A DNA stretch of 64,000 nt from Patescibacteria group bacterium (GTDB lineage Bacteria; Patescibacteriota; Patescibacteriia; Patescibacteriales; UBA12465): contig JBMNFW010000001.1 of the NCBI GenBank assembly GCA_050949525.1, forward strand, positions 655,890 to 719,889, given 5' to 3'. The notes beneath the pieces are model-generated. The model was not told the DNA's origin. It worked only from the letters and a program-made list of their open reading frames with translations, and made no database searches. Position numbers and translations under genes: made by a program. Positions 35,763 to 44,659 of this stretch are shown piece by piece. Within the stretch, counting starts at the first letter, position 1. The number at the start of each line of letters is the position of its first letter.

Positions 35763-37328
35763 TTAACGAGACTTAGGTGTTACCCAAAATCCCATATATC
35801 GACCAAACATTAATCTGATTTGAGCATCTAAACATGGAATAGCTCCGAAAAAAATAATAACTACTGGAATACAAAGCCACTCAAAAAATAACGCGATAGT
35901 CTTAAAAAATCCATAATTTTTAGGTTTTTTGGGTAAAAGTAGGGAAGAAACAATAGCGGAAATAAATAATCCTAACATTGATATAGTCATTAAAGTTCTA
36001 GTAATAGCTGGAAGATTAAAAACCATCACAGTAGCATTAAAACGATCGCCACCTAACAACATCGGCAACCATCCCACAAACCCAATAATTAAAGCGGTAG
36101 TAGCCCAAGAATGAAAACCATAAATTTGAATCCAAATATGTCGCCAAGTTCTAGCCTTATTCAAACCTTTTTTATTCTTAAAATAATTAAAAATTAAATA
36201 AGGCACATTTTCACTCCCCCACGCCCAACGTCGCTGTTGTTTATACAAACTTTTAACTGTTTTTAAAAAACTTTTATCACAGGTAGCATCCATCGAAACT
36301 GGGAAATATAAAGGCTCTACTCGATAATCTCCCTTATAATGTAAAAAACAATGATAAAATATTCGAGAATCTTCACTCACCATATTAGTAGACCAAAAAC
36401 CAATATCTACTAAAGCTCGAAAAGTCATCGAATGAGATGAATAGGTAGCCAACTTTTCCGGTCTAATCTGTTGCATCATCTGCCAAAAAGTATTAGAAGC
36501 TGAAGAAACTCGAGCAAAAAATGGGGTTTGCCAAACATTATTATGATAAACCGGAATAGGTTGATAACTAGCCCGATACGGATTAGCCACTGTTAAAAAA
36601 CGATATGATAAACAGAAAAAATAATTATAAGATGCGATAGTATCAATATCAAATACACTAACTATAATTCGATCATAATCAATTCCTTCTTTATCAATCA
36701 CTTCAGCTTTAAAAAGTTTAGCTCCATAAGCCTGATTAGCTCCTTTTCCTTTGAGCTCACCTTCAATATCAGGATGATACGAAACAAAAAACTTACCAAA
36801 ATAATGCGCAAACTCCTCTTCAATTACTTTAGCCTTTTCTTTCGCACTAGGACCAACTCTTTCTTCCATAGCTAATAGAACCATCATTTTATCTAAAGGA
36901 TAATTACTATTAACTAAACCTTGAAAACTAGCTCGAATAACATCAAGACTTTCATTGTAAGTCGGAAAAATTACTAAATGAATTAAATCTTGCCATTGCC
37001 AACCTTGAGCTCCTAAACTTTTAGGATCAAGACTATCTTTAATTAAAGGAATTTCCTCACTTTTCTTCTCCCAATCAACCTTTTTATTCTTTTTCAGTTT
37101 CTGAAAAGAACTTAATAAATACAGAGCTAAAAAAACGACTAAGAGAAAATAATAAACATTAAAAGCAATAATAAAATAAGCAGCGGTGGTAGGTTTAAAA
37201 TAAGATAAAATGATTAAAAATAATAAAGTCCCCAGTGACAAAAACCCAGGAAAAATTTCCAAGGCTCGATAAATTATATAATCTCGACCCGATAAATCAG
37301 TCGCTCTAGAGACTCTTAAATAATTCAT
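35763..37328 (-). CDS. Membrane-embedded family-2 glycosyltransferase, processive synthase type
   Basis: FDIDT (DxD-like) and QQRRWAWG (QxxRW) motifs flanked by multiple TMs. 521 aa. Confidence 0.65.
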   Translation of the reverse strand: MNYLRVSRATDLSGRDYIIYRALEIFPGFLSLGTLLFLIILSYFKPTTAAYFIIAFNVYYFLLVVFLALYLLSSFQKLKKNKKVDWEKKSEEIPLIKDSLDPKSLGAQGWQWQDLIHLVIFPTYNESLDVIRASFQGLVNSNYPLDKMMVLLAMEERVGPSAKEKAKVIEEEFAHYFGKFFVSYHPDIEGELKGKGANQAYGAKLFKAEVIDKEGIDYDRIIVSVFDIDTIASYNYFFCLSYRFLTVANPYRASYQPIPVYHNNVWQTPFFARVSSASNTFWQMMQQIRPEKLATYSSHSMTFRALVDIGFWSTNMVSEDSRIFYHCFLHYKGDYRVEPLYFPVSMDATCDKSFLKTVKSLYKQQRRWAWGSENVPYLIFNYFKNKKGLNKARTWRHIWIQIYGFHSWATTALIIGFVGWLPMLLGGDRFNATVMVFNLPAITRTLMTISMLGLFISAIVSSLLLPKKPKNYGFFKTIALFFEWLCIPVVIIFFGAIPCLDAQIRLMFGRYMGFWVTPKSR

Positions 37329-37329
37329 A

Positions 37330-38964
37330 TTAGAGATCTAAATTAATTTTTTCCCCCTCTTTCATCTCTCCACCCATAACCTTCTTTTTCTTAGGTGAAC
37401 GAAAACTAAGAGGTTTAGCATTTTTTAAATCTGACAAACTAAGAGACCTTATTTCATCAGCAATATCCTTAACACTTTTTTCTTTCTGAACCTTAACTTT
37501 TTTAACTGGGGCCTTTTTCTTAACCACATTTTTTCTCTGACTAGGATTATTTAAACACTCTTTACAATAAGTGGGCCTTAAGCCATCAGGCTTAAAAGGA
37601 ATGTTAATATCTATCCCACAAGAAGAGCATTTAGCTGGAAAAGTTTCTCGATTAACATCTTTTTTCTTTTTATCAGAAACTGGATCAGAATAATCCTGAT
37701 GCCAAAGCATAATCTTCTCTTCTACTTCTTCTTTTTTAGTAGCATACTTTTTTCGTGAATAATTAATTACTTCTTCCACATTATTAGTCTTGTCTTCCGG
37801 CGGTAAAGGTGGAAGACCCCGAGCTGAAAAAGGATCAGAGGCAATACCATCAATCATCAACTTTAAATACATCTCATATTTAGGTATATTTACAATATCT
37901 TCTTCGGTAAACACCGGAGTAAATTCTTTCACTAATTCTTCGGCATCAGCCGCTCCTACTCGAAAAACAATAATAGTTCCAACGTTACCAAACACCGCTG
38001 GTTTAACTCTTTCATCTAGTTGATCAATATATTGATGAGCCATAATTAAATTAAGTCGATACTTACGAGCTTCAGATAAAATATTAGCAAAGCTTTCAGT
38101 AGAAAAATTTTGGAACTCATCAATGTATAAATAAAAATCACGACGCTTTTCTTCATCAATATCAACTCGACTCATAGCCGCCAACTGAATTTTGGTAATC
38201 ATCATAGCTCCTAATAGAGCTGAATTATCCTCCCCGATTCTACCTTTACTAAGATTCATAATTAAAATCTTACCACTATCCATAACTTCTCTAATATCAA
38301 TAGAAGATTTTACCTGGCCAACAATATTTCTCATAAAAGAACTAGATAAAAACTGTCCTACCTTATTCTGAATCGGTGATACGGCTTCCGCAGCAAATTT
38401 ATCAGCATAACCAGTAAACTCCTTTTCCCAGAAAGATTTTACCACTGGATCTTTAACATTAGCTACCACCTTTTTTCGATACTCTTTATCAGACAACATG
38501 CGAACCACTCCTAATAAAGTTGAACCGGGAAAATCTAAAATAGCTAAAATAGCATTTCGTAAAATATATTCTAATCGAGGCCCCCAAGAATCAGCCCATA
38601 ACTTTTGAAAAACACCAATTAAACCGGAGGCAACTAAATGACGTAAATGAGGCTCAACCTGCTCAACTAAGTTAAAAGCAATAGGAAAATCAATATCAGC
38701 TGGATTAAAATATATCACATCCTTTACTCTTTCTTTAGGAATGTATTGAATAATTTTTTCCGCTAAATCTCCATGAGGATCCACCACCGCCACACCACGT
38801 CCAGCCCTGATATCCTCTACTATCATATTTTCTAAAATTGTTGATTTACCCATTCCAGTTTTTCCAATCAAATACATATGACGTCGTCGATCATCAGTTT
38901 TAATACCAAAACGACGCATTTGATTACGAAAATTAGTTTGAGCAAAAAACATTATTTCATTCAT
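37330..38964 (-). CDS. TraD/VirD4-type (T4SS coupling-protein-like) P-loop ATPase with a C-terminal CxxC...CxxC zinc ribbon
   Basis: Walker A GKTGMGKST, Walker B-like FYLYIDEFQNF, then ARKYRLNLIMAHQYIDQL (TraG/TraD C-terminal type). Tail is CSSCGIDINIPFKPDGLRPTYCKEC. Confidence 0.55.
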   Translation of the reverse strand: MNEIMFFAQTNFRNQMRRFGIKTDDRRRHMYLIGKTGMGKSTILENMIVEDIRAGRGVAVVDPHGDLAEKIIQYIPKERVKDVIYFNPADIDFPIAFNLVEQVEPHLRHLVASGLIGVFQKLWADSWGPRLEYILRNAILAILDFPGSTLLGVVRMLSDKEYRKKVVANVKDPVVKSFWEKEFTGYADKFAAEAVSPIQNKVGQFLSSSFMRNIVGQVKSSIDIREVMDSGKILIMNLSKGRIGEDNSALLGAMMITKIQLAAMSRVDIDEEKRRDFYLYIDEFQNFSTESFANILSEARKYRLNLIMAHQYIDQLDERVKPAVFGNVGTIIVFRVGAADAEELVKEFTPVFTEEDIVNIPKYEMYLKLMIDGIASDPFSARGLPPLPPEDKTNNVEEVINYSRKKYATKKEEVEEKIMLWHQDYSDPVSDKKKKDVNRETFPAKCSSCGIDINIPFKPDGLRPTYCKECLNNPSQRKNVVKKKAPVKKVKVQKEKSVKDIADEIRSLSLSDLKNAKPLSFRSPKKKKVMGGEMKEGEKINLDL

Positions 38965-38973
38965 ATAACCAAA

Positions 38974-39228
38974 TTAAAAACCAGATAAGGAATTAGTTGA
39001 ACTAATTAGAGAATGAAAGTCACGCACTAAATCCTTTAAAAATGGCGGTAGATAAATAACAGCTAAAATAATAGGAGTTAAAATCAAAACCAACTTTAAA
39101 ATAGTCCAAATCTTTTGCCAAAAAATATATTTCTTAAAACGCTTAGCCAAATCCAATATTTCTTGACTAATTTCTATATTTTTCTCCATTAAAATTTCTA
39201 AATTGTCCTTATTTTCCTTCTCAGTCAT
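38974..39228 (-). CDS. Hypothetical small membrane protein (84 aa)
   Basis: One TM (IWTILKLVLILTPIILAVIYL). No motif recognised. Confidence 0.45.
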   Translation of the reverse strand: MTEKENKDNLEILMEKNIEISQEILDLAKRFKKYIFWQKIWTILKLVLILTPIILAVIYLPPFLKDLVRDFHSLISSTNSLSGF

Positions 39229-39270
39229 ATAAAAATTATATCAAAGAAATATTTAGAAATCAACCTAGCT

Positions 39271-39993
39271 TTATTCCCTAATTTGACAGTTGGGCGTATT
39301 TTTATGGACCTTTTTCAAAATCTCTTCTATATCCTTAATCTTGAAAGCTTCAAGCCCCTGAAAACCAGGATTAACTAAATTAGTATTAGATATAAATCTT
39401 TGTAAAAACCAGGCTGAAGAACCAGCAATTTCTTCAGACATAATAATTAAATCATTCAAATCATGTAGACCGGGAACTAAAGTGCTACGAAACTCATGCA
39501 GAACTAAGTCTTTTCTTAACAAATCTAAAGATTTTTTAATTTTACCAATATCAACTTTTGCCCCCACCACTTTCTCATACTTATTTAAAGGGGCTTTAAA
39601 GTCCATCGCTATATAGTCTAATAAATTTTCTCTAATTAAGTCCTCTAGTATTTCAGGATTAGTTCCATTAGAGTCTAATTTAACCTTAAAACCCATAGCT
39701 TTTATTTTTTTTATAAACTCTTTTAAATCAGTTTGCAAGGTAGGTTCACCACCGGAAATAACAACACCACTTAACTTTCCTTGTCGTTCCTTTAAAAAAA
39801 GAAAAAGATCCTCTTCCGTTATTGAAAAAAGATCTTCTTCTTTATATTTAATCTCGCCCTCACCAGGAGCCAGGACAAGCATAGGATTATAACAAAAATG
39901 ACAACGAAAATTACAAGATCGGGTAAAAATAACCGCGGCAATTTCTCCAGGAAAATCAATTAAACTTAATTTTTCTAAACCACCGATTAACAT
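39271..39993 (-). CDS. nrdG: Anaerobic ribonucleoside-triphosphate reductase activating protein (radical SAM)
   Basis: CNFRCHFCYNP (CxxxCxxC) and a GGEPT motif. Directly downstream of the nrdD parts. Confidence 0.85.
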   Translation of the reverse strand: MLIGGLEKLSLIDFPGEIAAVIFTRSCNFRCHFCYNPMLVLAPGEGEIKYKEEDLFSITEEDLFLFLKERQGKLSGVVISGGEPTLQTDLKEFIKKIKAMGFKVKLDSNGTNPEILEDLIRENLLDYIAMDFKAPLNKYEKVVGAKVDIGKIKKSLDLLRKDLVLHEFRSTLVPGLHDLNDLIIMSEEIAGSSAWFLQRFISNTNLVNPGFQGLEAFKIKDIEEILKKVHKNTPNCQIRE

Positions 39994-40146
39994 CTAGTTA
40001 ACCTTCTCAGCATCAACTTTATAAGTTTTTCGATCAAGATATTCAGACGCTTTTCCCTTGTTATAACACTTAGTAGGAGTTAACCAACCCACTACACGAG
40101 CATAAACAATACATTCAGTTCTTTCTTGATTTTGATTATTATTCAT
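39994..40146 (-). CDS. 50-aa stand-alone glycyl-radical segment of class III RNR (split NrdD C-terminus)
   Basis: Below the track cutoff. My translation is MNNNQNQERTECIVYARVVGWLTPTKCYNKGKASEYLDRKTYKVDAEKVN. RVVGW...YNKGK..E...R matches the NrdD C-terminal consensus (E. coli RRVCGYLG...FNAGKQEEVKRR). Its stop TAG abuts the nrdG ATG. Confidence 0.6.
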   Translation of the reverse strand: MNNNQNQERTECIVYARVVGWLTPTKCYNKGKASEYLDRKTYKVDAEKVN

Positions 40147-40206
40147 AAAATTTTTCTTAAGACTAACATATTTCTAAAAAAGATGAAAGTCTTAATATTT
40201 TAATAA

Positions 40207-42267
40207 TTAATTATTTTCTTTTTTAACATTATCAACCTGAGTATAAGCAAAAACTCCTAAACCCCTCTCTTCATCACATTTCGGACAATATTGATGTTCC
40301 CCAGCTAAATAACCATGAATTGGGCAAACTGAAAAAGTTGGTGAAATAGTAAAATATGGTAATTTATAATTCTCCACAATAGTTTTTACTAATTTTTTAG
40401 TTACTTCCGGATCACTAATTCTTTCACCAATAAATCCATGTAAAACAGTTCCACCGGTATATTTAGTCTGAAGCTCATCCTGTAAATCTAAAGCAGTAAA
40501 AATATCATCAGTAAAATTAACTGGAAGATGAGTAGAGTTGGTATAATAAGGATCACGTTGTCCGCTCTTAACTAACTCATCATTAGCAAAAATAATATCA
40601 GGATACATCTCTTGATCTTTCTTAGCAAAACGATAAGTACAACCTTCTCCTGGGGTAGCTTCTAAATTGAATAAACCTCCAGTTTCTTCTTGAAATTTAG
40701 CAATAGTCTCTCTCATAAAATTCATAATATTTAAAGCAAATTTATGACCTCGAGCACTAGAAATTCCTTCACCTAATAAATTAAGAGCTGCTTCATTCAT
40801 ACCATTTAAACCAATGGTATTAAAATGATTTTTCCAATAAGAGCCAAACTTATCATGAATATCTGATAAATAGTACCGTGAATAAGGATAAAGACCATCT
40901 TCACTAAACTTTTCAATTACTTTTCGCTTAATTTCTAAACTTTCTTTAGCTAATTTCATTAATTTTAATAGCCTATCTTTAAAATCCTCTTCATCCTTGG
41001 AAAGGTATCCTAATCGAGCCATATTAATTGTTACTACCCCTAAACTTCCGGTTAAAGGATTAGCTCCAAATAATCCACCACCTCTCTTACGTAACTCTCT
41101 GTTATCTAATCTTAAACGACAACACATGCTACGAGCATCATCGCGATCCATATCAGAATTAACAAAATTGGAAAAATATGGAATACCATACTTAGAAGCC
41201 ATTTCCCACATTGGCTTTAAACTTTCTCGATTCCAATCAAAATCTTTATCAATATTATAAGTTGGAATTGGAAAAGCAAAAACCCTTCCACTAGCATCCC
41301 CCTCAATCATCACTTCCGCAAAAGCTTTATTAAATAAATCAATTTCAGTTTGGAACTCACCATATTTTTCTGGCATAATTTTTCCCCCAATAATAACATT
41401 CTCTTCAGCCATTGACTTAGACGGAATTACATCTAAAGTGATATTAGTAAAAGGAGTTTGAAATCCAACTCGAGTTGGAACATTAACATTAAAAACAAAT
41501 TCTTGTAAAGCTTGCTTTATTTCACGATAAGATAAATCATCATAACGAATAAAAGGAGCTAAATAAGTATCAAAATTAGAAAAAGCTTGAGCTCCAGCTG
41601 CTTCTCCTTGCATAGTATAGAAAAAATTAACAATTTGTCCTAAAGCTGTTCTAAAATGTTTAGGTGGTTTACTTTGAATCTTGGTATCAACTCCACCAAA
41701 ACCTCGAATTAATAAATCCTTTAAATCCCAACCACAACAATAAGGAGCTAATAATCCTAAATCATGAATATGAAAATCACCATCAACATGAGCTTTTCTA
41801 ATATTTTCGGGATAAAGTTTATTCAACCAATACTTAGCTGAAATAGAAGAAGCAATATAGTTATTTAAACCCTGAACTGAAAAACTCATATTACTATTTT
41901 CCTTTAAACGCCAATCAGCCTTACCTAAATAATCTTCCATTAATTTTTCCTCATTACTTTTATTAATCTCTCTAATCTGACGCCTTTGATCACGATACAA
42001 AATATAAGCTTTAGCAGTTTTTATTAACTTCTTCTCAATTAAAACCTCCTCCACAATATCTTGAATTTCTTCAACAGCTGGAATAGTTTTATGATGAAAC
42101 TTCTTTTCTAATCTTTTTACTACTTCTTGACTAACCTCATCAGCTAAATCAGGATTTTCTTCATCTACAGCCTTCATGGCACTTAAAATAGCCTTAGAAA
42201 TTTTATTAAGATCAAAGTCAACAATATCCCCCGACCTTTTTAAAATTTTGCTAACGTGATTTGACAT
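40207..42267 (-). CDS. nrdD: Anaerobic ribonucleoside-triphosphate reductase NrdD, large part lacking the glycyl-radical motif
   Basis: N-terminal ATP-cone, an NrdD core (CCRLRLD, GANPLTGS) and a C-terminal Zn ribbon CPIHG...CPKC. The ORF then stops. Confidence 0.85.
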   Translation of the reverse strand: MSNHVSKILKRSGDIVDFDLNKISKAILSAMKAVDEENPDLADEVSQEVVKRLEKKFHHKTIPAVEEIQDIVEEVLIEKKLIKTAKAYILYRDQRRQIREINKSNEEKLMEDYLGKADWRLKENSNMSFSVQGLNNYIASSISAKYWLNKLYPENIRKAHVDGDFHIHDLGLLAPYCCGWDLKDLLIRGFGGVDTKIQSKPPKHFRTALGQIVNFFYTMQGEAAGAQAFSNFDTYLAPFIRYDDLSYREIKQALQEFVFNVNVPTRVGFQTPFTNITLDVIPSKSMAEENVIIGGKIMPEKYGEFQTEIDLFNKAFAEVMIEGDASGRVFAFPIPTYNIDKDFDWNRESLKPMWEMASKYGIPYFSNFVNSDMDRDDARSMCCRLRLDNRELRKRGGGLFGANPLTGSLGVVTINMARLGYLSKDEEDFKDRLLKLMKLAKESLEIKRKVIEKFSEDGLYPYSRYYLSDIHDKFGSYWKNHFNTIGLNGMNEAALNLLGEGISSARGHKFALNIMNFMRETIAKFQEETGGLFNLEATPGEGCTYRFAKKDQEMYPDIIFANDELVKSGQRDPYYTNSTHLPVNFTDDIFTALDLQDELQTKYTGGTVLHGFIGERISDPEVTKKLVKTIVENYKLPYFTISPTFSVCPIHGYLAGEHQYCPKCDEERGLGVFAYTQVDNVKKENN

Positions 42268-42282
42268 AGGACTTTATTATTA

Positions 42283-42756
42283 TTAATTTTTATTCTTTTT
42301 CTTTTTAACCCTAATCAACTTATCTAATTCTTGACTCAACTCTTCCAAATTTTCAAAAGATTGACATACAGAAGCATATCTAATATAAGCTAACTTATCT
42401 ATTTTCTTTAAATTTTTCATTACAATTTCGCCAATTTTACTCGATTCAATTTCTTCCTTATTAATAATCTGTAAATCTCGCTCAATACAATGAACTAGTT
42501 GCTTAAACTTTTCTTCACTAATACCCCTTTTCTCTAAAGCTTTTCTTAAACCATTTAATATCTTATCTCGACTATAAGCCTCTCGTCTTCCATCACGTTT
42601 TAAAACTGTAAGATCTAAAATCTCCATCTCCTCATAAGTTGAGAAACGAAAACTACATTTTAAACACTCTCGACGACGTCTAATTAAAAAACCATCGGTA
42701 GAGCTTCGCGAATCAATAACTTTAGTGTCTTCAAAATGACAAACTGGGCATTTCAT
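42283..42756 (-). CDS. nrdR: Transcriptional repressor NrdR
   Basis: MKCPVCHFEDTKVIDSR zinc ribbon plus an ATP-cone. I use the ATG at 42756, because the track start at 42816 would place the NrdR boxes inside the coding sequence. Confidence 0.85.
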   Translation of the reverse strand: MKCPVCHFEDTKVIDSRSSTDGFLIRRRRECLKCSFRFSTYEEMEILDLTVLKRDGRREAYSRDKILNGLRKALEKRGISEEKFKQLVHCIERDLQIINKEEIESSKIGEIVMKNLKKIDKLAYIRYASVCQSFENLEELSQELDKLIRVKKKKNKN

Positions 42757-42780
42757 GGAGTTTTTAATAATTTTTCGAGA

Positions 42781-42827
42781 AACAATATATAGTATAGAAA
42801 AAAGAAGTTTAACCACTACATATTGTT
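42781..42827 (-). promoter_or_regulatory. Tandem NrdR boxes upstream of nrdR-nrdD-nrdG
   Basis: aacaatatatagtata (42781-42796) and accactacatattgtt (42812-42827) both resemble the 16-bp palindromic NrdR-box consensus acaCwAtATaTwGtgt. Centres are 31 bp apart, the known tandem spacing. Confidence 0.65.
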
Positions 42828-42869
42828 AATTCCGATTATAGCAAAAAAAATATATTCTGCCAAATAATC

Positions 42870-42910
42870 AAAAAAGAGCTAAAGTTAAATACTTTTTAAA
42901 CTTAGCTCTT
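42870..42910 (-). terminator. Rho-independent terminator downstream of yebC
   Basis: aagagctaaagtt (42874-42886) pairs with aacttagctctt (42899-42910) with a one-nt bulge. The minus-strand transcript has a U-run after the hairpin. Confidence 0.55.
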
Positions 42911-42953
42911 TAAAAAATAGATATTTTATTTTCTCCCTGTGGATAAGTCTAAA

Positions 42954-43673
42954 TTAAAAATTAAAATAATAATTATTAACATCTTCAATATCCTCTAATT
43001 CCTCCATAAACTTATCCATTTTTTCTTCATCTTCAGGACTTAAATCTTGTTTATCTTTAGCTACATACTCAATTTCAGCTGATTCTAACTCAATCTCCTG
43101 CTCTTCTAAAAACTCTTTAATATTTTGAAACCTTTCTAAACTAGAAAAAACAATTATCAATTCATCTTCCACTTTCAAATCCTCAATTTCTAAATCAATT
43201 AATTTTAATTCTAAATCCTCCAAACTAAACTTAGTTTTTTCAATTTCAGATTTATTAAAAACAATTACCCCCTTTAAATCAAAATTCCATAAAACAGCTG
43301 ATAAACTACCACCAAACTTAGATAAAACATGTCGCACCATTGAAGCGCTTCTGTTTTTATTATCCGTTAAACACTTAACGACTACTTGAATATTGTTAGG
43401 TAAAATTCCTTCATAGTATAATTCTTCCACTATATCGCCCCCTAATTCACCAGAACCTCGTTTAATGGCTCGTTCAATATTATCCTTAGGCATGTTGGCT
43501 TTACGAGCCTTTTCTACCATAGCCCTAAGAGAAGGATTCTTCTCTGGATCCGGTCCTTTTTCTCGAGCCGCAATAGTAATAGCATTACCTAATTTAGTAA
43601 AAACCGCCCCCCTTTTAGCATCAGTAACGGCCTTAGCTCTTTTAGTAGTAGCCCACTTTGAATGTCCAGCCAT
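42954..43673 (-). CDS. yebC: YebC/PmpR-family transcriptional regulator
   Basis: MAGHSKWATTKRAKAVTDAKRG N-terminus. 239 aa. Confidence 0.9.
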   Translation of the reverse strand: MAGHSKWATTKRAKAVTDAKRGAVFTKLGNAITIAAREKGPDPEKNPSLRAMVEKARKANMPKDNIERAIKRGSGELGGDIVEELYYEGILPNNIQVVVKCLTDNKNRSASMVRHVLSKFGGSLSAVLWNFDLKGVIVFNKSEIEKTKFSLEDLELKLIDLEIEDLKVEDELIIVFSSLERFQNIKEFLEEQEIELESAEIEYVAKDKQDLSPEDEEKMDKFMEELEDIEDVNNYYFNF

Positions 43674-43682
43674 AATTTTAAA

Positions 43683-44612
43683 TTAATTATTAATATTACC
43701 AGGAACCACAATATCAAAAGGCTTATCCTGGCCATAAGCTTGAGGACCATAATCATGACAATAAAATCTAATATTATCCTTGAAATATGGTGGCTTAACT
43801 TGTTGTATTTTTCCAACTAGGTAGTAAGATAAACAAAAAACAAAAGCAAACTTAGCTTCCATTGGAAGCTCAATTTGCCAACGACTTTTTGGATGACCAA
43901 AAAACTCATTATCATCTGAACCTAAACTAATTACTAATTCCTTTTTATCTCGAACAACAAACTTAGCATGACGAGCTTGACCAAAGCTAAAAGATCGTAA
44001 AGAAAGTTTAGGACCAAAAAGCTCACTCTTTTTAATATCAATCATGGGAGCTAAGGCAGCAAACTTATCAGGTAATAAAATAGTATAAGAGTCATAAAAT
44101 TTAAAACCTCGTTTTAATCTTAAATTTTCAAGAAAATTTAAAATCAAGGCTGGATCTTCCTGACTAGCTGATAAAATCATGCCAAGATAAGTTGAGATAT
44201 TATAAGTGTAGGGCTCAGCAATTTTAGGATATACTAAAACCTGATCAGCTATCTCAGCTGCTGAAGACTTAGGCGAACAAGTTAAAAGAGTAGTCTTTAA
44301 TTGATATTTTTTAGCTAATTCAGTTTCCCAAATAGCATCTTTCTCCCCAGACGCTGATATTACTACTGCTTGATCAATAATTTTATCTTTAATGAGATCA
44401 CGATACACTTGAAGATGATGTTTAAAATTACTTTCATCACAAATAATCGCTCGTTGATCAGAGAATAAAATCTGAGCTGTGTTATAAGCATTACCACTAC
44501 CAACCACAATAGGAAAGCCAAAATCTTTTAATTTAATTTCCTTTATTTTGCTTTGCTTAAAAAACTCTAATGCTTCTAAGACTCCTTGATCTAAATTTAT
44601 TAATGTTTTCAT
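43683..44612 (-). CDS. SIS (sugar isomerase)-domain protein
   Basis: VVGSGNAYNTA and VISASGEKDAIWE...TTLLTCSP.SSAAEIADQVL follow the SIS pattern (xSxSGxT...T....S.La..aD). Confidence 0.5.
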   Translation of the reverse strand: MKTLINLDQGVLEALEFFKQSKIKEIKLKDFGFPIVVGSGNAYNTAQILFSDQRAIICDESNFKHHLQVYRDLIKDKIIDQAVVISASGEKDAIWETELAKKYQLKTTLLTCSPKSSAAEIADQVLVYPKIAEPYTYNISTYLGMILSASQEDPALILNFLENLRLKRGFKFYDSYTILLPDKFAALAPMIDIKKSELFGPKLSLRSFSFGQARHAKFVVRDKKELVISLGSDDNEFFGHPKSRWQIELPMEAKFAFVFCLSYYLVGKIQQVKPPYFKDNIRFYCHDYGPQAYGQDKPFDIVVPGNINN

Positions 44613-44659
44613 AATTAAAATTGACTTTAAATCATTAAAATGTTAGAGTTTTATTGTTA

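Noticed and set aside
42938-42946. Perfect DnaA-box 9-mer (tgtggataa = TTATCCACA on the other strand) between yebC and nrdR.
   Set aside because: It is a single box with no cluster, no adjacent dnaA/dnaN and no obvious AT-rich unwinding-element pattern beyond the background. One perfect 9-mer in 64 kb on two strands is about what chance allows.
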